A stretch of 64,000 nucleotides of DNA, from positions 224,001 to 288,000 of the forward strand of contig CAVVUN010000008.1 of the NCBI GenBank assembly GCA_963751455.1, in the 5' to 3' direction. Below the pieces are notes generated by a model. It made no database searches. It was not told the origin of the DNA and worked only from the letters and a program-made list of their open reading frames with translations. Made by a program: the position numbers and the translations under genes. Positions 59,793 to 64,000 of the stretch are shown piece after piece; within the stretch, counting starts at the first letter, position 1; each line of letters opens with the position of its first letter. This DNA is from Nitrospirota bacterium. GTDB taxonomy: Bacteria > Nitrospirota > UBA9217.

Positions 59793-60215
59793 TCCTGAAA
59801 AAAACATTTAGGACACGGATAAAATCCGATTAACGCGGATTTATAAAGACATTAAACCTTTATAATCCTAAAAACGGCATTTGGACACGGATGAACACGG
59901 AAATAACGGATAAAAACAGTGCGCTAGAACAAAATAACATCTCGCCCTTTTGGAGAATTATGAAAGAGTTGTATATCTTTGTAAATACGTGTTAATCAGA
60001 TTTTATCCGTGTCCAAAAGCTCTTTTCAGGATAATTCACCCAAAGGGCGAAATGTTACTTTATCTATCGCGCTGTTTTTAATCCGTAGGCGCCTGCACCC
60101 ACCGATTACGAGCCTGCGGCCAGCGATTATGCGTGCGAAGCGCAAATGCAGGCTGTGAGCATGCGCGAGTGCAGGGCGTTCCGTGTTCATCCGTGTCCAG
60201 TTTCTCTTTTTAGGT
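59793..60215. mobile_element. nested MITE: older inverted copy containing a 166-bp copy and a approx. 90-bp hairpin insert
   Basis: Outer TCCTGAAAAAAAC...TTTTTAGGT aligns to the reverse complement of the 166-bp family once 59866-60034 and about 60087-60178 are removed. Confidence 0.75.
59866..60031. mobile_element. 166-bp MITE with TAA target duplication
   Basis: TAA|TCCTAAAAACGG...CTTTTCAGGA|TAA. Confidence 0.88.
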
Positions 60216-61938
60216 CATGAATAGTGCCGCTCTCAGGAGAGGAAGCCATTAACGTGCTGCGTTCTCTCGTTACGAAAGCATTGACGGTGACGCCATTTTG
60301 AGCTGAGGAAGGAACAGCCGAAGCTACAGGTCTACCGATGTCTCCGCTGTTGATGTTTTTTTCGTGGTCGTCCTTCAGTGTCTTTTTGTCGGTCTTGCCG
60401 TTCGCCGATTTCGGGAGTCGGTCGACAAATATAACGTGTTTCGGAACCATGAACGATTGAAGGCGGTCTGCACAGTGCTTCAATACTTCCCGGATTTGAG
60501 GCCGGACCTCGCCGGGGCATACCACGCATGCCACAACCGCCTGACCCAGTATTTCATCCGGCACACCGAAGACAGCCGCTTCCAGTATCCCCTCCATGGC
60601 ACACAGCACGTTTTCAACTTCCCGGGGGCTTACCCGCTCACCCCTGGTCTTTATCATATCGTCCTTCCTGCCGACAAAGTAAAGAAATCCTGCCTCGTCT
60701 TTCCTGAACAGGTCACCCGTGTAGAGCAGGCGCTCGCCGGGCAGGCGGCCGGGACGAAAGGTCTTTGCTGTCAGCTCCGGCGCGTTCCAGTAGCCGCGCA
60801 TGACATGCGAGCCCCTGATGACCAGCTCGCCGACCTCGCCTGGCAACGCCTCGTCCCCGGACTCGTTTACGATAAAGACCTCGGTATTGGGTATAGCCTT
60901 TCCAACCGACGCCGGCCTCCGGGAAAGCTCTTCGGGCGGAAGATAGGAGACACGCTTGCACTCTGTCAGCCCGTACATAGAAAAAAGCCGTGCTTTCGGC
61001 AGGAGCACAGCAAGCTTCCGTATATATTCTACAGGCAGGGCCGCCGCCGTATTGGTCACGTAGCGAAGCGAGCTGAGATCATACCGATCAAGGTTTTTCA
61101 TTTTCAGAAGCAGAAACGCCGCGATGGTCGGAACCAGCGGGAACCCGGTGGCGCGCTCCCGTTCAATGCGTTCGAGAATTTTAACGGGATAGAGGAAGGC
61201 CTTTTCGAGAACAACCGTTCCCCCGAACATCACGGCCATGATTACCTGGTACAGGCCGTAATCGAATGAAAGCGGAAGCACACTTACGATAATGTCGTCG
61301 GGCGTATTCCCGATATACTGAATAATGCTTCGCGCTGCGGAGATAACGTTGTGGTGCGTGGACATGACTCCTTTGGGCTCCCCGGTTGAACCAGAGGTGT
61401 AGATGAGTGCCGCAAGGTCCTGATCAATGCACGCTGCCGTATGCACTGCCGGCGGGTCGGCAGTCAGTTTATCCTCCCGCAGTACTTCGGCCCAGGATAA
61501 CCGGGGACCCGGAAGCGTCTGCGGCACGTACTCGCTATCGCCCACCCATAGTGTAGTGCATTCCCGGCCGAGTCCGGCAAGGGCCTCCTTCACCACATCG
61601 GCCTTACCGGTATCGGTTATAAGAACGGTGGCTCCAGAGTCCCGGACGATATAGCCCAGCTTGCCGGCTTTCATGGTACTGTCAAGGATCACAAAGACCG
61701 CGCCTGCCTTCAGAACGCCGTACATTGAGATCACTGCTTCGATCGAATTATCCAGGAAAATGATTACGCGGTCACCCCGTTTCAATCCGAGAGACAACAA
61801 AGCATCGGAGAGGCGGGCTGAAGAGTATTCCAGCGCCCGGTAGCTCAGGCGTCCTTCGCCGCAAATGACGGCGTTCTTGTCCGGGAACTCAGCGGCCGTA
61901 CGGGACAAATATTCATGCACTAAGACGGGGCTGAACAT
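60187..61938 (-). CDS. class I adenylate-forming (AMP-binding) enzyme / acyl-CoA ligase
   Basis: YTSGSTGEPKG, YGLTE, YTGD, LPKSANGK; GGAGGT RBS. Confidence 0.92.
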   Translation of the reverse strand: MFSPVLVHEYLSRTAAEFPDKNAVICGEGRLSYRALEYSSARLSDALLSLGLKRGDRVIIFLDNSIEAVISMYGVLKAGAVFVILDSTMKAGKLGYIVRDSGATVLITDTGKADVVKEALAGLGRECTTLWVGDSEYVPQTLPGPRLSWAEVLREDKLTADPPAVHTAACIDQDLAALIYTSGSTGEPKGVMSTHHNVISAARSIIQYIGNTPDDIIVSVLPLSFDYGLYQVIMAVMFGGTVVLEKAFLYPVKILERIERERATGFPLVPTIAAFLLLKMKNLDRYDLSSLRYVTNTAAALPVEYIRKLAVLLPKARLFSMYGLTECKRVSYLPPEELSRRPASVGKAIPNTEVFIVNESGDEALPGEVGELVIRGSHVMRGYWNAPELTAKTFRPGRLPGERLLYTGDLFRKDEAGFLYFVGRKDDMIKTRGERVSPREVENVLCAMEGILEAAVFGVPDEILGQAVVACVVCPGEVRPQIREVLKHCADRLQSFMVPKHVIFVDRLPKSANGKTDKKTLKDDHEKNINSGDIGRPVASAVPSSAQNGVTVNAFVTRERSTLMASSPESGTIHDLKRETGHG

Positions 61939-62148
61939 GCGGTCACCTCCTGAGGACGGCCAAATTAAAAACGGCAACGTGCAAAAAATGTAGATATCCG
62001 GAAAAAAGGATCCATCCGCAGATTTCGCAGACGGACGCAGATTTTAAAATCATTTCTGGTTTACATAATCTGTGGCATCTGCGTAATCTGCGGATAAATA
62101 ATGACTGAGTAGTTACATTGCTTTAACGATAAAATGAAATTCTTTTTA

Positions 62149-62314
62149 TCCTAAAAACGGCATTTGAACACGGATGAACATGGAAACAGCGGATCAAAAC
62201 AATGTGATAGAGCAAAAAGCCATCTCGCCTTTTGGGTGAATCCATTACTGTTCGTAACTTCCTATAAATCCGTGTTGATCAGATTTTATCCGTGTCCAAC
62301 TGCTTTTTTCAGGT
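62149..62314. mobile_element. 166-bp MITE (diverged) with TTA target duplication
   Basis: TTA|TCCTAAAAACGG...TTTTTCAGGT|TTA; the right TTA is the asnB stop codon. Confidence 0.85.
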
Positions 62315-64000
62315 TTATTTGGACTTTGCATCCCTACCGCTTCTCCGGTCGAAAACGACGTCCGGACCGGTCGGGATGAGCAATTCTAATGAAAAGTTCG
62401 CGATAAACCGGTCATAGATGATCTGCGAAGACAGAATGCCGGCAAGCGCCATGCCTTCGACTTCGCTGACCTGCTTGACCGAGTCCAGCTTGTTCAGCAG
62501 GACTTTAACCTTTGCCGGATCGAACAGGCCCGCGTCCGAGATCGCGGCTCCGGAAAGGAAGATCTCCCGGTGAAGAGCGGAGGCGTGCAGGAGACTCTCT
62601 CTGATCGGGGCCCTATACGGATGTTTGGGACGGCCCACGATCTTTTTGGGCACTATCTCCTCAAAAACTTTTTTCAGCAGGTATTTCTCATTCAAGCCCC
62701 TGATCTTCAGCTTTGCGGGAACCCGTCCCATGAACTCGATGATCCTGTGGTCCAGGTACGGCGGTCTGACCTCAACCCCGTTTCCCATCGAAACCCGGTC
62801 TCCCTGCGAAGAGAGCAGATAGGTGCTCAAAAAGATGATCGATTCCAGGTACTGCGCCTGCGCAAGAGCGTCCCACGTGCCGTAGGCCTCCGGCAGGTTT
62901 TTTTGTAAGTCGTCCAGGCAGGAATAAGCGCCGATCTTCTCCTTCAATTCCTGTGAAAAAAATATTTTAATCTTAGATGTATTCTGCCAGCGTATGGCAT
63001 GCGAATACAGGGGGTCGTCCGTTCTCTCCAGCCCGGCCCCGAAGAAGGACTGCAGAAAAAACTTGGGCCGGGGGTTGTTCTTGAAGATATACGGATAGAG
63101 TCTTGCTACCAGAAGCGGACGGGATTTGGATCCCGGTTGACTGGCCCAAAACCTTCTGATTTTCGCTTCCCGGAAAACGTTGTACCCGGCAAATATCTCG
63201 TCGGCCCCCTCTCCGGTAAGCACAACCTTGAACCCGTTGTCTGCCACAAACCGCGACAGCAGGAACAGCGGAACCGGAGCGGTCCTCAGGAGCGCCTTTT
63301 CGCAATGCCACAGTACCGTGCGGAAATGTTCTCCGATCTTTTCGTTGGTGGCCTGAATGCCGATATGGTCCGTCTGGAGAAAACCGGCCATATACTGCTG
63401 AAACTCACCTTCGTCAAAGTCGCCCTCATCGAACCGTATACCGAACGTCCTGAGCCGGTTGTTGAAGTTCTTTTTTGCAACGGTGGTTATACCCGATGAA
63501 TCGAGGCCGCCGCTCAGGTAGCAGGCGACCGGCACATCAGCCCTGAGCCGAATTCTGACCGCATCATGGATCAGTTCCTTCAACCCGTTTTCAATTTCCT
63601 CCGTCGGCCACGTTAACTGCTCATCAGGACGGCTGAAGGGAAGATCCCAATATTTTCGAACAGCGATTTTGCCGCCGGAGAGCTTCAGATAGTGGCCAGG
63701 CTGCAGTTCATAAATGTCCTTGAAAAGCGTACGGCCGGGCAGGGTCGTCCAGAACGTGAATATCTGGTCCAGGGCCAGAGCATCGATGACGCGTTCCACC
63801 TCCGCTGCCATGAAGATCGATTTTATTTCGGAAGAAAAGAGCAGTCGGCCGCGGTTGACCGTATAATGCAGCGGCAGAATGCCTACCCGGTCGCGGGCGA
63901 GGAACAATTCCTTTTCGCGCGAGTCCCATATGGCGAATGCAAATTGGCCGTTCAGCTCCTCGACGCACCGGATCCCGCGGTCCTCATAGAGGTGAAGAAT
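62315..64000 (-). CDS. asnB: asparagine synthase (glutamine-hydrolyzing) family amidotransferase, 5' end outside window
   Basis: LNGQFAFAIWD, LARDRVGILPL, YLSGGLDSS, LTGEGADEIFAGY, EVRPPYLD. Confidence 0.92.
   Translation of the reverse strand: MLHLYEDRGIRCVEELNGQFAFAIWDSREKELFLARDRVGILPLHYTVNRGRLLFSSEIKSIFMAAEVERVIDALALDQIFTFWTTLPGRTLFKDIYELQPGHYLKLSGGKIAVRKYWDLPFSRPDEQLTWPTEEIENGLKELIHDAVRIRLRADVPVACYLSGGLDSSGITTVAKKNFNNRLRTFGIRFDEGDFDEGEFQQYMAGFLQTDHIGIQATNEKIGEHFRTVLWHCEKALLRTAPVPLFLLSRFVADNGFKVVLTGEGADEIFAGYNVFREAKIRRFWASQPGSKSRPLLVARLYPYIFKNNPRPKFFLQSFFGAGLERTDDPLYSHAIRWQNTSKIKIFFSQELKEKIGAYSCLDDLQKNLPEAYGTWDALAQAQYLESIIFLSTYLLSSQGDRVSMGNGVEVRPPYLDHRIIEFMGRVPAKLKIRGLNEKYLLKKVFEEIVPKKIVGRPKHPYRAPIRESLLHASALHREIFLSGAAISDAGLFDPAKVKVLLNKLDSVKQVSEVEGMALAGILSSQIIYDRFIANFSLELLIPTGPDVVFDRRSGRDAKSK

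Noticed and set aside
2372-63968. Numerous long antisense or alternate-frame ORFs (e.g. 7081-8262, 23803-24699, 45361-46176, 55772-56890, 60364-61269)
   Set aside because: Shadows of well-supported genes in moderately GC-rich DNA, with no motifs

Overview
Bacterial chromosomal window. Gene content suggests an anaerobe of Nitrospirota/Desulfobacterota type (inference only). Layout: (1) 1-340: a tRNA-Gln/tRNA-Glu operon. (2) 0.4-8.2 kb and 17-39.7 kb: a large repeated sigma54-controlled locus. It has three paralogous HAMP histidine kinases, four NtrC-type activators, three TauE/SafE (TSUP) transporters, about eight universal stress proteins or USP-like proteins, a GntR regulator and a Lon protease with a receiver domain inserted in it. 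It also has a family of short 'FAExGE' proteins directly behind -24/-12 promoters, two of them absent from the ORF track. (3) 8.7-15 kb: a toxin-antitoxin/pseudogene patch (two VapBC-like pairs, Fic, HigBA with higB broken by a 43-bp hairpin element). (4) An IS1-family element with passenger genes (21176-23588) and an IS1182-like IS (41129-43001). (5) 40-52 kb: mixed genes (CheD, NCS2 permease, RACo/ASKHA, NtrBC-like pair, CRP/FNR). (6) 52.5-64 kb: an exosortase/PrsKR exopolysaccharide locus with frameshifted prsK. The intergenic DNA is rich in MITEs and short structured repeats, including nested ones. No CRISPR array or rRNA was seen. All calls are by eye from motifs; no database searches were run.
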